This document shows positions 1 through 9,737 of a stretch of 64,000 nt of DNA, piece after piece. The notes under the pieces were generated by a model. It saw only the letters and a program-made list of their open reading frames with translations, did no database searches and was not told the DNA's origin. Made by a program: the position numbers and the translations under genes. The first letter of the stretch is position 1, and each line of letters begins with the position of its first letter. Source of the DNA: a virus (taxonomy: Duplodnaviria > Caudoviricetes); IMG/VR virus record IMGVR_UViG_641201006_000001, positions 128,001 to 192,000 of that record; one strand, written 5' to 3'.

Positions 1-261
1 ATCTCTAGAAATGAGAGTGTCAGATTTGCCAACACGTTGCTCATATACTTCGCCGAACCAATCCCACATATCTTCACGTAGTAGATCAAGGTCTAACTCT
101 GCATCTAAGCGAGTCATCACATCTTGTCGTAACCACGGTGTATCAATCATCGTTTCGTAGCTAAGTTTATAGGCTACGTATTGAAGCATGGCATCGAACG
201 CTTGCGTAGCGTCCTCTACCTTATCTTGCTCCATGATGATGTCCATGATTTTATTGAGCAT
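1..261 (-). CDS. Hypothetical protein, N-terminal part (runs off the window edge)
   Basis: Read by hand as an open frame MLNKIMDIIMEQDKVEDATQAFDAML...DMWDWFGEVYEQRVGKSDTLISRD. The ATG overlaps the end of the upstream gene. DWFGEVYE faintly resembles the D-x-x-G-x-x-YE segment of N6-adenine methyltransferases (unverified). Confidence 0.6.
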   Translation of the reverse strand, partial: MLNKIMDIIMEQDKVEDATQAFDAMLQYVAYKLSYETMIDTPWLRQDVMTRLDAELDLDLLREDMWDWFGEVYEQRVGKSDTLISRD

Positions 262-619
262 CTTTAACTGCTTTGTCATCTTTCTTCTCCTCCTTCTTCC
301 ATGTCCAAATCTTGATGTCTAATAACTTGCGGAAGAAGATAAGAACGAATGCAACGCCTACTGCTGGAATTTGAATAATCATTAATAATACATCGTACGC
401 AGTTACATAGTCACGGTTTTGTGCAAGCTGACTTTGAATTGCTTTCTTGTAACTCAGTGTCCACTTCGGCCCATTCCATCTATCTTCGTTGTATAGTCTT
501 GCAGATTCCATAATGTTTAATAAACGGAACCAGCAGAAGATTAAATAAATTGCAATGATAACTGCTAACCACCAATACATGCCATACCAAGTTGCTGTGA
601 ATAAGTCTACGATATTCAT
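251..619 (-). CDS. Hypothetical membrane protein
   Basis: 122 aa ORF with two hydrophobic segments; start overlaps the upstream stop. Confidence 0.75.
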   Translation of the reverse strand: MNIVDLFTATWYGMYWWLAVIIAIYLIFCWFRLLNIMESARLYNEDRWNGPKWTLSYKKAIQSQLAQNRDYVTAYDVLLMIIQIPAVGVAFVLIFFRKLLDIKIWTWKKEEKKDDKAVKDAQ

Positions 620-768
620 TATTTCTCCCTCACAATCTTATCTTCATATTTATGGATAATAGCACTCAATGAATTGACTAATGAGTTTGCTAAATCCACA
701 TTGATCTCGTCTGTTTCCCAGTAACGGTCAATCTTTTCTTTCAGTTCTTGCATATCTACTTCACGCAT
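619..768 (-). CDS. Small hypothetical protein (MREVDMQ...)
   Basis: GAGGAGG lies before the ATG at 768; the longer ORF-track start would overlap the HNH gene. Confidence 0.6.
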   Translation of the reverse strand: MREVDMQELKEKIDRYWETDEINVDLANSLVNSLSAIIHKYEDKIVREK

Positions 769-1189
769 AGTGGTAGACCTCCTCATAATTGATTCTGTCA
801 ATTCTGTCTTGAGCAAGCTGTTTAGCTGCTGACCAAGAACCGAAGTGACGATAATATGTAGAAGAGTGTGGCAGTCCTGATTCTCTATCACACTCTTTCT
901 TACTAGGTAGATGCCCATATATATCAGAAAAACGAATCAGCAAGTCAATCATCTCATCGTTATCGAATGCATGTTGCTCGCCGTGTATCTTCTGATTGGC
1001 GCATAGTTCTAAGTTACTAATATCATTGTTATGTTTATTCTCATCTTTGTGATGTACTTGCTCCTCAGAAGTTAAGTACCTGCCAATGTGCTGTTCCATC
1101 ACCAGTCTATGTAGATAAACCCTTCCATCCGAATCAGCATGTGGATGGTCGGGTTGTTTGACTCTAATGTATTGACTCATGCTAATCAC
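761..1189 (-). CDS. Free-standing HNH homing endonuclease with C-terminal endonuclease-associated repeat
   Basis: Motifs YLHRLVME...VHHKDENKHNNDISNLELC (HNH_3 type) and LP...YYRHFGSWSAAK. Confidence 0.85.
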   Translation of the reverse strand: MISMSQYIRVKQPDHPHADSDGRVYLHRLVMEQHIGRYLTSEEQVHHKDENKHNNDISNLELCANQKIHGEQHAFDNDEMIDLLIRFSDIYGHLPSKKECDRESGLPHSSTYYRHFGSWSAAKQLAQDRIDRINYEEVYHYA

Positions 1190-1191
1190 TC

Positions 1192-1722
1192 CTATAACTT
1201 ATGAACAATCATATTGGTAGTTGACGGTACAATATCGAAGTAATGTTCTTGATCCATTATAACAATATTTGCCTCTATAATGGTATCCGGAAGCATTGGT
1301 GTTCCTTCTTGATATGACCGGACAGCTATGTACTGACGATACTGATGCTTACCCATTAAGACCGTTGCCGGCTTTAGATTTTGCTTCGCCATCTCTTCCA
1401 TCTTGTCTTGGATTAATTCCAGTATCTCTTGGCACTCTTCGGTGTATACAATCTCAAGCATATCTTGACCGGAAGCATGACGAGGGAACATAAACTTAGT
1501 TGGTCTTGGCGTCGTAGGTTTCACTTTCGCTGTACCTTTCGTGCTGATAAACCCTGCACCATAACGTTCTACCGTCTTATACTGGTCAAGCACATCGTCT
1601 GTTGTTTTAGCTGGTTCTTTGTTAACTTCAAACACCGGTTGCGGTATCGGTAATCCATTCTCGTCATATAGGTTTTGAGGTTTTAGCGTACCACTATGCT
1701 TCGAAAAATCATATATTACCAT
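1192..1722 (-). CDS. Hypothetical protein
   Basis: ORF; start moved to MVIYDF, which follows GAAGGAG. Confidence 0.65.
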   Translation of the reverse strand: MVIYDFSKHSGTLKPQNLYDENGLPIPQPVFEVNKEPAKTTDDVLDQYKTVERYGAGFISTKGTAKVKPTTPRPTKFMFPRHASGQDMLEIVYTEECQEILELIQDKMEEMAKQNLKPATVLMGKHQYRQYIAVRSYQEGTPMLPDTIIEANIVIMDQEHYFDIVPSTTNMIVHKL

Positions 1723-2476
1723 GCTGAATCTCTCCTTCATATTGCTCCCAATCCATATCGCCAATGAAGTATTCATTGTAATCATTCGGATACGGCTTCA
1801 CGTATACAATACGCTTAATGCCAGCTTGATTCAACTGACGAGTACAGTACAGACATGGTTCATGTGTTACATACGCTGTTGCGCCTTCTGATGATATACC
1901 AAGGCGTGCGCATTGTAGTAACGCATTCTCTTCTGCATGATTGGTACGAACGCAGTGACCGTCCTTCATTAAGTGACCGATGTCGTCGCAGTGCGGCATA
2001 CCCTTTGGACTACCGTTGTATCCAGTTGCAATGACACGGTTCTCTTTAACAAGAACACAACCGACTCTTGCACGGCTACAGGTTCCACGTTCTGCTACAT
2101 GAAGTGCTTGCTCGATGAAGTATTGATCCCACGGCTTACGAACTCGCTTTGGATTCGGTTTCTTTTCTTCCGGGAATAATTCATGATAACGTTCCTCGGT
2201 ATAATCTTCAAAGCAGTACATACGACCATAAAAGAATTTTAAGTGTCTCATCTCTTCTTCTGTGCAACGTATTAATATACTTATTGCTAAGGCATTAGGC
2301 GCAGGATTCGGTACATTTGTTGCGATATAAGGCTCGACATGTAGCTTTAAGATATTTACATCTAGACCTACTTGCGGATTAGACATCGTTTTCCATTTTC
2401 GAACTGCGTTCATTTCATCTTCCTGCGGAATAGTTAGCATATAATAATGAATGTTACTAACAAGGTATCTAGGCAT
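1709..2476 (-). CDS. dCMP deaminase (ComEB-like) with N-terminal extension
   Basis: WDQYF, RGTCSRARVG, TGYNG, HAEENAL and PCLYC zinc-deaminase motifs. Confidence 0.92.
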   Translation of the reverse strand: MPRYLVSNIHYYMLTIPQEDEMNAVRKWKTMSNPQVGLDVNILKLHVEPYIATNVPNPAPNALAISILIRCTEEEMRHLKFFYGRMYCFEDYTEERYHELFPEEKKPNPKRVRKPWDQYFIEQALHVAERGTCSRARVGCVLVKENRVIATGYNGSPKGMPHCDDIGHLMKDGHCVRTNHAEENALLQCARLGISSEGATAYVTHEPCLYCTRQLNQAGIKRIVYVKPYPNDYNEYFIGDMDWEQYEGEIQHGNI

Positions 2477-2490
2477 CCTGCTTCACTCCT

Positions 2491-2805
2491 TTAGTGGTAT
2501 AGATGTGGTTCTCCACGACTGTAGTCTTTGTTCTCGTTGTATATTTCAAGACGAAATACATCTTTCATTTCGTTTACAAGGGTATCGTATTGCTCCTCGG
2601 TTGGTTCAAGAACAACCGTAAATTGAAAGTATTGCTTCGTTTGCATACGATACTCAGGATATACTTTGAATACTTTTACATCTCCCGAACTAAGTACAGG
2701 TAGGGATTCGATTTTCTCTATCTCTCGGATCCCTTCAAGACGCTCTGAATATGGCACATCTTTTCGAAGTGGAATTGTAACATACATAACTACTTTACTG
2801 GTCAT
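2491..2805 (-). CDS. Hypothetical protein
   Basis: ORF in a tightly packed operon. Confidence 0.65.
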   Translation of the reverse strand: MTSKVVMYVTIPLRKDVPYSERLEGIREIEKIESLPVLSSGDVKVFKVYPEYRMQTKQYFQFTVVLEPTEEQYDTLVNEMKDVFRLEIYNENKDYSRGEPHLYH

Positions 2806-3058
2806 ATTGTTTTATCTCCACTGTGAACTTATCCGATGGTTTCGACAATGCTTCTAGCCATGCGTTATGCTGCTCATCTGTTAATTGAAGTTTCATTTTT
2901 ACAACATCATACGGCACATCATAAACCGTATCTATTACTTCCGCCTCGATGTCTTCAAACTGCAAACTCTTTTGATTTAGTGTTGCATCTATCCATGCTT
3001 GACGCTCTGCTGACGATAACATATATGGTACTGGGATATTAACTGTAACTGTATGCAT
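2795..3058 (-). CDS. Hypothetical protein
   Basis: ORF with AGGAGG RBS. Confidence 0.7.
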   Translation of the reverse strand: MHTVTVNIPVPYMLSSAERQAWIDATLNQKSLQFEDIEAEVIDTVYDVPYDVVKMKLQLTDEQHNAWLEALSKPSDKFTVEIKQYDQ

Positions 3059-3102
3059 ATCTTTTCCTCCTTAGACACAAAGAAAGGTGAGCCACAAAGG
3101 AC

Positions 3103-3291
3103 TCACTTCTTCTTGTATCGTTCTAATTCTTCGGGGGATAATGTATACTTCTTCATCTCCCCGCTTAATTCCTTCCACTCGTCAGGTTTTTCATGAGGTA
3201 ATGTTACGCCCGGTGATTTATATTCATAGCAGACAAAACCAGTAGAGTGCATCGTTTGTCTACGAATACCTTTTGACTTTACTTCACTCAT
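3103..3291 (-). CDS. Small hypothetical protein
   Basis: ATGA overlap with the upstream gene; followed by a hairpin and T-rich tract. Confidence 0.65.
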   Translation of the reverse strand: MSEVKSKGIRRQTMHSTGFVCYEYKSPGVTLPHEKPDEWKELSGEMKKYTLSPEELERYKKK

Positions 3292-4259
3292 TTCTGTTTA
3301 TCCCACATGCTAGGTGGTAACTTACCAACTGTACTCATCAATGCTTCATAAGCTGGTATGCTCTCCATATCGAAACGATCCGGATTGTCCGGATCTGATT
3401 CACCGTATCCTTCTTTGATAGCCATTGTTAGTAGGTCAGCGAAAGAAAGTTCTTTATCACGTAATGTGCGCATTGCTTTCTTCCATGATTGAATGTGTGG
3501 GCCATGATACTCATATAACGCTTCCCATTTCTCAGGGTCGATCTGCGTTACGATATTCCACATATCTTTTACAACATCGACAGTTGCGCCCTGCGCTCCT
3601 CGTTCGAATATACGTTGCGTGAAGACGTTTTTGATAAGAGCCTCTTCACTGAACTCCATTAAGAATGGTGGCATGATATAACCAACTGGAAGTAAAGAAC
3701 GAGCCGCTTGCATTTGTTGTTTTGCAATCTCTTCATCTTGTCCTTTCTTCACTCGTGCTACCATCTCAACCGCTTTCAATCCTGTCTCCATGAAGTCCCC
3801 TTTTGCTTCTGATGGTGACTCAAATCCCCACGGCATGTTGGCACGTTGACCACCGGCAATACGAGAAGTACGACCTACGCTATATGTTACTAAGTGGTCA
3901 TACACTGGTTTACCTACGCCAACGAATAAGAATAGAATACTTTCGCCACGGATTGGTTCATAGCTATGTCCAGCCTTCACCATGCCGTTTAAGAAGCGGT
4001 CTACGTTATCCATGTTGTTGTACTTACCTAAGTAAATAGCAGCCTTGAATGCAGAGCTAAGACGGTCAGCGTCCGTTGCACGTAAAGCAATTACACGACC
4101 GGATTGAATTGCACTGAATCCGTCTTTCGTATAGCAAAGGTTAATGAACTTTTCTAGGTCATCTAGTGCCTTGTTTGTATCGACAATATCATCGCTGACA
4201 AATTGTACTCTCCCTGTACTGCGTAATGCTTCTCTGTTTAATACGAAGTCTTTTGTCAT
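3288..4259 (-). CDS. Divergent ThyX-like (flavin-dependent thymidylate synthase fold) protein
   Basis: GHSYEP...FLFVGV...DHLV...GQR, AARSLLP and R...AQ align by eye with ThyX GHxSxxE/F-x-GV/HQLxRHR/SQRY/ARxxLP/R...AQ. The RHR and Ser of the signature are replaced. Confidence 0.7.
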   Translation of the reverse strand: MTKDFVLNREALRSTGRVQFVSDDIVDTNKALDDLEKFINLCYTKDGFSAIQSGRVIALRATDADRLSSAFKAAIYLGKYNNMDNVDRFLNGMVKAGHSYEPIRGESILFLFVGVGKPVYDHLVTYSVGRTSRIAGGQRANMPWGFESPSEAKGDFMETGLKAVEMVARVKKGQDEEIAKQQMQAARSLLPVGYIMPPFLMEFSEEALIKNVFTQRIFERGAQGATVDVVKDMWNIVTQIDPEKWEALYEYHGPHIQSWKKAMRTLRDKELSFADLLTMAIKEGYGESDPDNPDRFDMESIPAYEALMSTVGKLPPSMWDKQK

Positions 4260-4270
4260 CTACTTATCCC

Positions 4271-4969
4271 CTATTCTAGTATTCTAATTCGTGCCACAAT
4301 GCCTTCTTCTCTGACACCAGCGTCCTCTAAACATAATCGCTTACCAGCGAATGGTTTGAGTTCTTCATTGCCATACTGCAATAACTTGTCTACATCAAAT
4401 GTATCGTCTGCGGTTGGCATAAACTCATGCAAGTCTTCGTCAGTGAAACTATATCCTCCAACTTCACGAGGGAACAGAATAACATCGCTAACACGTAGTT
4501 CACAAGCACGGTCATATTGGTAACGGATTTCTAAATCAATATCAGAAGAACCCACTCCGCCGTACAATATAATGCCATTCTTTTCTGGTACGATTTCATA
4601 ATCTGTACCAGACCCATTCTTATAAACAACAATCGTGCTTTGCATAATGTCGTTAATGTCATGGTCGAAAACAAATAGTCTTCTTCCATAAGACGGGTCT
4701 TTCTCGAAGTCATACTTCTGTTCATGTCTACCTAGCTTCTTCTCGTGTACAAACGGCATACCCGGAAGTGGCTTAGATAAAAGGCTACTTGGATACATCC
4801 TTTGATTCTTATTTGAACCTAACGTCATAATCGGTACGCTTCCAAACGTAGTTTCTTTTGTTATCGGCGCTTGCAGTTCACCAACCTCTTTACCATTAAT
4901 AAGTGCTTTCACACTTTCGGTTGGAGTAGACCAGCCAATCTTTTCTTTTAACGTTCGTTTAGACATCAT
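4271..4969 (-). CDS. Hypothetical protein
   Basis: 232 aa ORF coupled to its neighbours. Confidence 0.7.
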   Translation of the reverse strand: MMSKRTLKEKIGWSTPTESVKALINGKEVGELQAPITKETTFGSVPIMTLGSNKNQRMYPSSLLSKPLPGMPFVHEKKLGRHEQKYDFEKDPSYGRRLFVFDHDINDIMQSTIVVYKNGSGTDYEIVPEKNGIILYGGVGSSDIDLEIRYQYDRACELRVSDVILFPREVGGYSFTDEDLHEFMPTADDTFDVDKLLQYGNEELKPFAGKRLCLEDAGVREEGIVARIRILE

Positions 4970-5379
4970 GTATGACTCACTCGCATTCGTTGAGTTGGAT
5001 TCACAATCTTACGAAGGTCTGTAATCCCTCCATCATTGATGTGTTCCTGTTGCTCTTTGTATTCGGCAAAGGCTTGCTCATAAAATAAGCGTGCCGGATC
5101 ATCCTCTGTAAAGTCGAGAACTTTCCTACACGTTAATTCAGTCATACCCCTATTCATGCGCAAATCTTCAATAGTAAACATTGCCAAACATTTACCATTA
5201 TAAATCAATGGAAGCGGTGTGTCCATTGGATAAACACGGTAACCTTCTTTTTCTACTCGAAGCATTCTGTGGTTCGCAATATCCTCTTCGTAGTTCTGAT
5301 ATTCTCTCTTCTGCCATTCGGTCTTTGCGTCCTTTTCAGACGTCACTATATACCAATTAAATTCTGTCTGCATACCCAT
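4966..5379 (-). CDS. DUF2584-like protein
   Basis: MGMQTEFNWYIVT and KEGYRVYPMDTPLPL resemble DUF2584 (recalled family pattern); AGGAGG RBS. Confidence 0.7.
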   Translation of the reverse strand: MGMQTEFNWYIVTSEKDAKTEWQKREYQNYEEDIANHRMLRVEKEGYRVYPMDTPLPLIYNGKCLAMFTIEDLRMNRGMTELTCRKVLDFTEDDPARLFYEQAFAEYKEQQEHINDGGITDLRKIVNPTQRMRVSHT

Positions 5380-5394
5380 TTATTCACCTCCTGA

Positions 5395-5424
5395 AAAACG
5401 GACTAGAGCATTCACCCTAGTCCA
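5395..5424 (-). terminator. Rho-independent terminator
   Basis: Minus strand GGACTAG-N11-CTAGTCC followed by GTTTTT. Confidence 0.7.
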
Positions 5425-5430
5425 TTATTA

Positions 5431-5700
5431 TTAGTCTGCTAAATGATACTCAATGTCGTTGTAGCTATTACCGAAGTAGTAGTCAACAACATGAAGTGGA
5501 GCGTGCTTGTGATGTAATTCATCAGTATACGCTGCTTCGATGTAACCTTTCTTCGCTTCGAAGTTATCAATCGGGTTGATTAATACTTCACACTTTGGCG
5601 CTCCCGGGATTGTTACCTTTAGTGCCATGTACTTTGTATTTGCAATGCTATGATTCTTTAGTGCGTCTAATAGTGCTTCCATTGATAATTTAGGTATCAT
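5431..5700 (-). CDS. Hypothetical phage protein
   Basis: 89 aa ORF with ATGA overlap. Confidence 0.7.
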   Translation of the reverse strand: MIPKLSMEALLDALKNHSIANTKYMALKVTIPGAPKCEVLINPIDNFEAKKGYIEAAYTDELHHKHAPLHVVDYYFGNSYNDIEYHLAD

Positions 5701-6176
5701 TTTTCTAGCTCCTTTAGTATATGAGATACAAACACCGGGAATTTATCCATGTCTAATTGCTGTGGTGCTTGCTCGACTTTTAATGTGACTGCAAAGTTTG
5801 TATATGCTTCTAACGTCACTGCACATTCATCTACAGCTCCGCAGAAGATTGGGTAACATGTTTCCCCTGTACCGAATGCGCCGGTAACAAGATCACGAAT
5901 GTCATCGTTTTGGAATTTCTCAAGTACCGGCTTAAATTTCGTCGGTAACTCTCCATCGCCCCATGTATATGTTCCGAGTATTACAGCGTCGTATTCATGC
6001 AAGATAGATTCATAGAACTCATTATGCCCGTAAACATCTACCTTACATCCGGCACGCTGGAAGGCTGCGGATAAACCGAGCGCAACCTCCTTTGTATTAC
6101 CGGTGTTGGAACAATATACGATGGCTACCTTATAGTGACGCAAAGTTGTTTTTCTTCGTTGCGCCAGAGTAATCAC
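5697..6176 (-). CDS. Flavodoxin (start uncertain)
   Basis: IVYCSNTGNT FMN-phosphate loop, GTYTWGDGELP and FGTGETCYPIFCGA; lies next to the RNR beta gene. Confidence 0.9.
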   Translation of the reverse strand: MITLAQRRKTTLRHYKVAIVYCSNTGNTKEVALGLSAAFQRAGCKVDVYGHNEFYESILHEYDAVILGTYTWGDGELPTKFKPVLEKFQNDDIRDLVTGAFGTGETCYPIFCGAVDECAVTLEAYTNFAVTLKVEQAPQQLDMDKFPVFVSHILKELEK

Positions 6177-7173
6177 GGGACTTGTTCTCGAATTGGTCAG
6201 TTTTCGTATGTTCCATCATCTCATCCGAGAAGACTTGAATCCACGGCATCGGGTTGCCACGTTCTTCATAGATATTATCCATGCCTAATTGACGTACACG
6301 TTTGTTTGCAAGGTACTCGATGTAGTGGTCGAACTCTTCTAAGTCTAAACCTTCGATGTCAGCTAAGATTTCGCCCGCCCACTCTTTTTCAGTTGCGACT
6401 GCTTCTTTTAAAGAGTCCACAATGTACTGTGCATTCTCTTGTGTATTTAGTTCCGGATTCTCTGTTAGCAATCTACGGATCAATAAGCCGATGAAGTATG
6501 CATGTTGCATTTCATCACGCTGGATATATGAAATCATTGTACTCGACTTCATCATCTTCTGTTGACTCGCAAGCCAGTAGAAGAAGGCGAATCCTGAATA
6601 GAAGTAGATACCTTCTAAATTAATAGACTGCACCAGCATACGGAACAAGTTTTGTAAGGAAGGATTCTCTGCGAAGTCCTCATATACATCTAATACAAGT
6701 TTGTTACGTTTCGCTAATACAGGGTGTTTCATTGTTTCATTGAAGTATTGATTCTGAACAGGTAAGCGTACAAGTGAACTTGTAATGTAAGAATACGAAG
6801 TTGTATGTGTTGCTTCCTGCTGTGCGATAAATGCAGAGATGTTTGCAAGTGCAGAGTTCGTTGTGAATCGAATCACTTCAAGAATTGCTTTTACTTGTAA
6901 ACTATCAAGGCAAGCAAGTGCAGTACCGACACGCAAGAATGTATCTTGCTCAATTGGAGTCAGTGAATCCCACATCTTCTCGTCTTCTTTCATCTTGATC
7001 TCTACAGGACGCCAGAAGTTTGCTTCTAGTGTTTGACTAATGTCGTACCAAATCTCATCTTCATCGTTCCAGTTTAGTAATCCGGAACATTCTCCGCCAA
7101 CGATTTTCGTTCCACGGTTCGGATGACTTGGTTCTAGTAGTCTAGGTCTTTTCAGTGTTGCAATAGGGTTCAT
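6130..7173 (-). CDS. nrdF: Ribonucleotide reductase class I beta subunit
   Basis: NFWRP, LDSLQ, EATH, radical Tyr in HTTSY, EGIYFYSGF, RDEMQH; GGAGG before MNPIAT. Confidence 0.92.
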   Translation of the reverse strand: MNPIATLKRPRLLEPSHPNRGTKIVGGECSGLLNWNDEDEIWYDISQTLEANFWRPVEIKMKEDEKMWDSLTPIEQDTFLRVGTALACLDSLQVKAILEVIRFTTNSALANISAFIAQQEATHTTSYSYITSSLVRLPVQNQYFNETMKHPVLAKRNKLVLDVYEDFAENPSLQNLFRMLVQSINLEGIYFYSGFAFFYWLASQQKMMKSSTMISYIQRDEMQHAYFIGLLIRRLLTENPELNTQENAQYIVDSLKEAVATEKEWAGEILADIEGLDLEEFDHYIEYLANKRVRQLGMDNIYEERGNPMPWIQVFSDEMMEHTKTDQFENKSRDYSGATKKNNFASL

Positions 7174-7195
7174 CGGTATTACCTCCATATAAAGT

Positions 7196-7216
7196 CCCGC
7201 CCTGAAAATGGGCGGG
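7196..7216 (-). terminator. Hairpin (weak terminator or processing site) between RNR alpha and beta genes
   Basis: CCCGCCC-N7-GGGCGGG followed by ACTTTAT. Confidence 0.45.
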
Positions 7217-7227
7217 TTCAGTTAGTT

Positions 7228-9531
7228 TTATGCGTGACACGCTTCGCAATCAGCTTTTAATTTCTGTGATTCACCTTTTACGTAGTAAGTTGTTTTGATT
7301 CCCAACTTATGTGCCGTCTTATGGATGTTTAACAGTTCAGCACCGTCAATGTCGCTTGCAACATATAAGTTAAAGCTAATAGATTGGTCAATGTGACGTT
7401 GCTTCTTCGCCGTTTGTTTAACGCTCCATAACTGGTCAATGTGATGACGAGTCTTACGATACACATTGTACGTGTTATGGTCTAAGCCCGGAGCCGTAAC
7501 TTTAAACTTGAAGTTACCTTTCTCCTCTGCACCTTCAACCGCTGTGATTGGATCGTTACCGTCAGTAGAGCCACCAACTTTAGCAGTCGTTGCATTCGGA
7601 GCAAGTGCCATCATCCAGCCATTACGTACGCCGAACTTCGCAACCTTCTCTTTTAACGCTTTCCACTTAGCAGATACATAGTCACGTTGGTCGAAGTATT
7701 CACCAGTATGCCATGCAGAACCTTCGAAGTATTTGTAAGTACCTTTCTCTTTTGCAAGCTCTACGCTTGAGTCGATTACATGGTACGCAAACTCTTCATA
7801 TAATGTATCCGCATAATTTACTGCTGCTTCTGATTCCCAATCTAATCCTAAGATAGCAAGTAGATGATGCCATCCATATGCACCCATTCCAATTGGACGG
7901 TAGCGTTTGTTTGTTATACCAGCTTGCAGTACGCTGATTGTATTGATGTCGATAATGTTATCAAGCATACGAGTAACGATGCGAATAACACGAGCTAATA
8001 CACCAGCCGGTACAGCTTTCGCTAAGTTCACTGATGCTAAGTTACATACAACGTATTCGCCCGGAGAACGTACCATATGGATATTCTCATTTTCGTCAAT
8101 GTACTCGCCAATAATCATAGATGAAACCTGATTCTGTGCGATTTCTGTACAAAGGTTAGAACAATAAATCGCTGTACGACCAATACCATGAACGTGTTTG
8201 TTCGGGTTCATACGGTTTACTTGGTCACGATAGAACATATAAGGCATTCCCGTTTCAAGCTGAATTTCCATAATGCGAACCATGATGTCCATTGCACGAT
8301 GTGTGTCACGAGGTAGTAACGGGTTGTTTACTGCTTCCATATACTTCTCTTCGTAATACTTCGTATCCTTTTCATCATAGAAGTCATCTAGCGTTAATAG
8401 GTTACCATTCTCATCTTTCCATTGCATGTGTTGTTTGATTTGATGAGGACAGAATGTATGCCATTGACCGATTGAACGACCATTTTCATCAACCTCATCT
8501 AACTTCTTCATGAATAGATCCGGTACAGCTACACCTGTGAAGATTTCCCTTGCACGGTCAGCTTCGTCACCATTGTTCAGTCCTAGTTCAAGGAACTTCA
8601 TAATGTCCTTGTGGTCTAGACACATATAGATAGCGAATGCACCTTTACGTTGTCCTAACTGGTCAACTGTGATTGCCGTTTGGTTAAACATCTTAATCCA
8701 CGGCGTTGTACCTGATGATTTACCTTCGAATCCTTTGATTGGTGAACCCAATGCACGAACCTTACTAAAGTATAAGGCAACGCCTCCGCCATCTTTTGAT
8801 AGACGAGCAGCATCCATGTTTGATAGATAGATACCATCTAAGCTATCATCCACTTTATCTATGAAGCAACTAGATAATTGACCGTAGCTCTTACCTGCGT
8901 TAGCGAACGTTGGAGTTGCCGCCGTTGCATATAAGTTACTTAGCGCCCAGTATAATTCTTTGATGTGCGCTAAACGAGTTGCTTTTGGTTCATTAATCAT
9001 TGTTGTTACAGCAATCATCATCAGACGTTCCTGTGGTAACTCGTATAGGCTACCTTGATAATCTGTAGCAGCATAGCGGTCATTTAATAAGAACAACCCA
9101 ATGAAGTTAAATAAACTATCCTTGCTAGGGTCAATCATTCTACCAATCTCATTAATCTCTTCTTCGCTGTACGACGCTAAGATAGCTGGTGAATAGATTC
9201 CCATCTCTGTCAACGTCTTAATTAACTTATAGAAGCTGCCGTATTTTAAGGAACGGCTGTATCCTCGGTTTTCTGATGCCGTTTTGTACATTTGTTGTAG
9301 TTTCATGTTCGCTGCAACGAATGTCCAATCAGGCGCACCCATGTCGATGTTATTTAAGGCATAGAAGATAGAGTTATGAAGTGCTTTATCTTCCGTATGA
9401 GATAAACGTTTTACCTTCTCAATGATCTTCGTTGCGTCAAGGTTGTACTCTTTCGACGCTCGTTCTAATTCTACGACTACGCTTGCAATGACTTCTTCAC
9501 TATGTTCAACTGTAGGGCTTACTGGGTTCAT
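7228..9531 (-). CDS. nrdE: Ribonucleotide reductase class I alpha subunit
   Basis: TPTFANAG, SSCF, GQRKGA, SNLCTEI (thiyl Cys), CNLAS, APNATT, IDQSIS, KTTYY and C-terminal CEAC. Confidence 0.95.
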   Translation of the reverse strand: MNPVSPTVEHSEEVIASVVVELERASKEYNLDATKIIEKVKRLSHTEDKALHNSIFYALNNIDMGAPDWTFVAANMKLQQMYKTASENRGYSRSLKYGSFYKLIKTLTEMGIYSPAILASYSEEEINEIGRMIDPSKDSLFNFIGLFLLNDRYAATDYQGSLYELPQERLMMIAVTTMINEPKATRLAHIKELYWALSNLYATAATPTFANAGKSYGQLSSCFIDKVDDSLDGIYLSNMDAARLSKDGGGVALYFSKVRALGSPIKGFEGKSSGTTPWIKMFNQTAITVDQLGQRKGAFAIYMCLDHKDIMKFLELGLNNGDEADRAREIFTGVAVPDLFMKKLDEVDENGRSIGQWHTFCPHQIKQHMQWKDENGNLLTLDDFYDEKDTKYYEEKYMEAVNNPLLPRDTHRAMDIMVRIMEIQLETGMPYMFYRDQVNRMNPNKHVHGIGRTAIYCSNLCTEIAQNQVSSMIIGEYIDENENIHMVRSPGEYVVCNLASVNLAKAVPAGVLARVIRIVTRMLDNIIDINTISVLQAGITNKRYRPIGMGAYGWHHLLAILGLDWESEAAVNYADTLYEEFAYHVIDSSVELAKEKGTYKYFEGSAWHTGEYFDQRDYVSAKWKALKEKVAKFGVRNGWMMALAPNATTAKVGGSTDGNDPITAVEGAEEKGNFKFKVTAPGLDHNTYNVYRKTRHHIDQLWSVKQTAKKQRHIDQSISFNLYVASDIDGAELLNIHKTAHKLGIKTTYYVKGESQKLKADCEACHA

Positions 9532-9547
9532 CTTTCTGTCTCTCTCC

Positions 9548-9736
9548 TTATATGTCCAATTTCTTGTTACATTTAGTGCATATGTAATTCACATGTGTCT
9601 CGACTGACGGGTGAACGATATGTTGTTCATCCTGTCTTCGCTGACGCAACCCTTTGGGAAGAGTCACAATTTTCTCTTCCCGAAAGTCTGCGCCGCCACA
9701 TTTACATCGAATAAACTCTTCGTAAATTGCTGCCAT
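9548..9736 (-). CDS. Small zinc-ribbon protein
   Basis: CKCG...CTKC; RBS present. Confidence 0.7.
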   Translation of the reverse strand: MAAIYEEFIRCKCGGADFREEKIVTLPKGLRQRRQDEQHIVHPSVETHVNYICTKCNKKLDI

Positions 9737-9737
9737 A

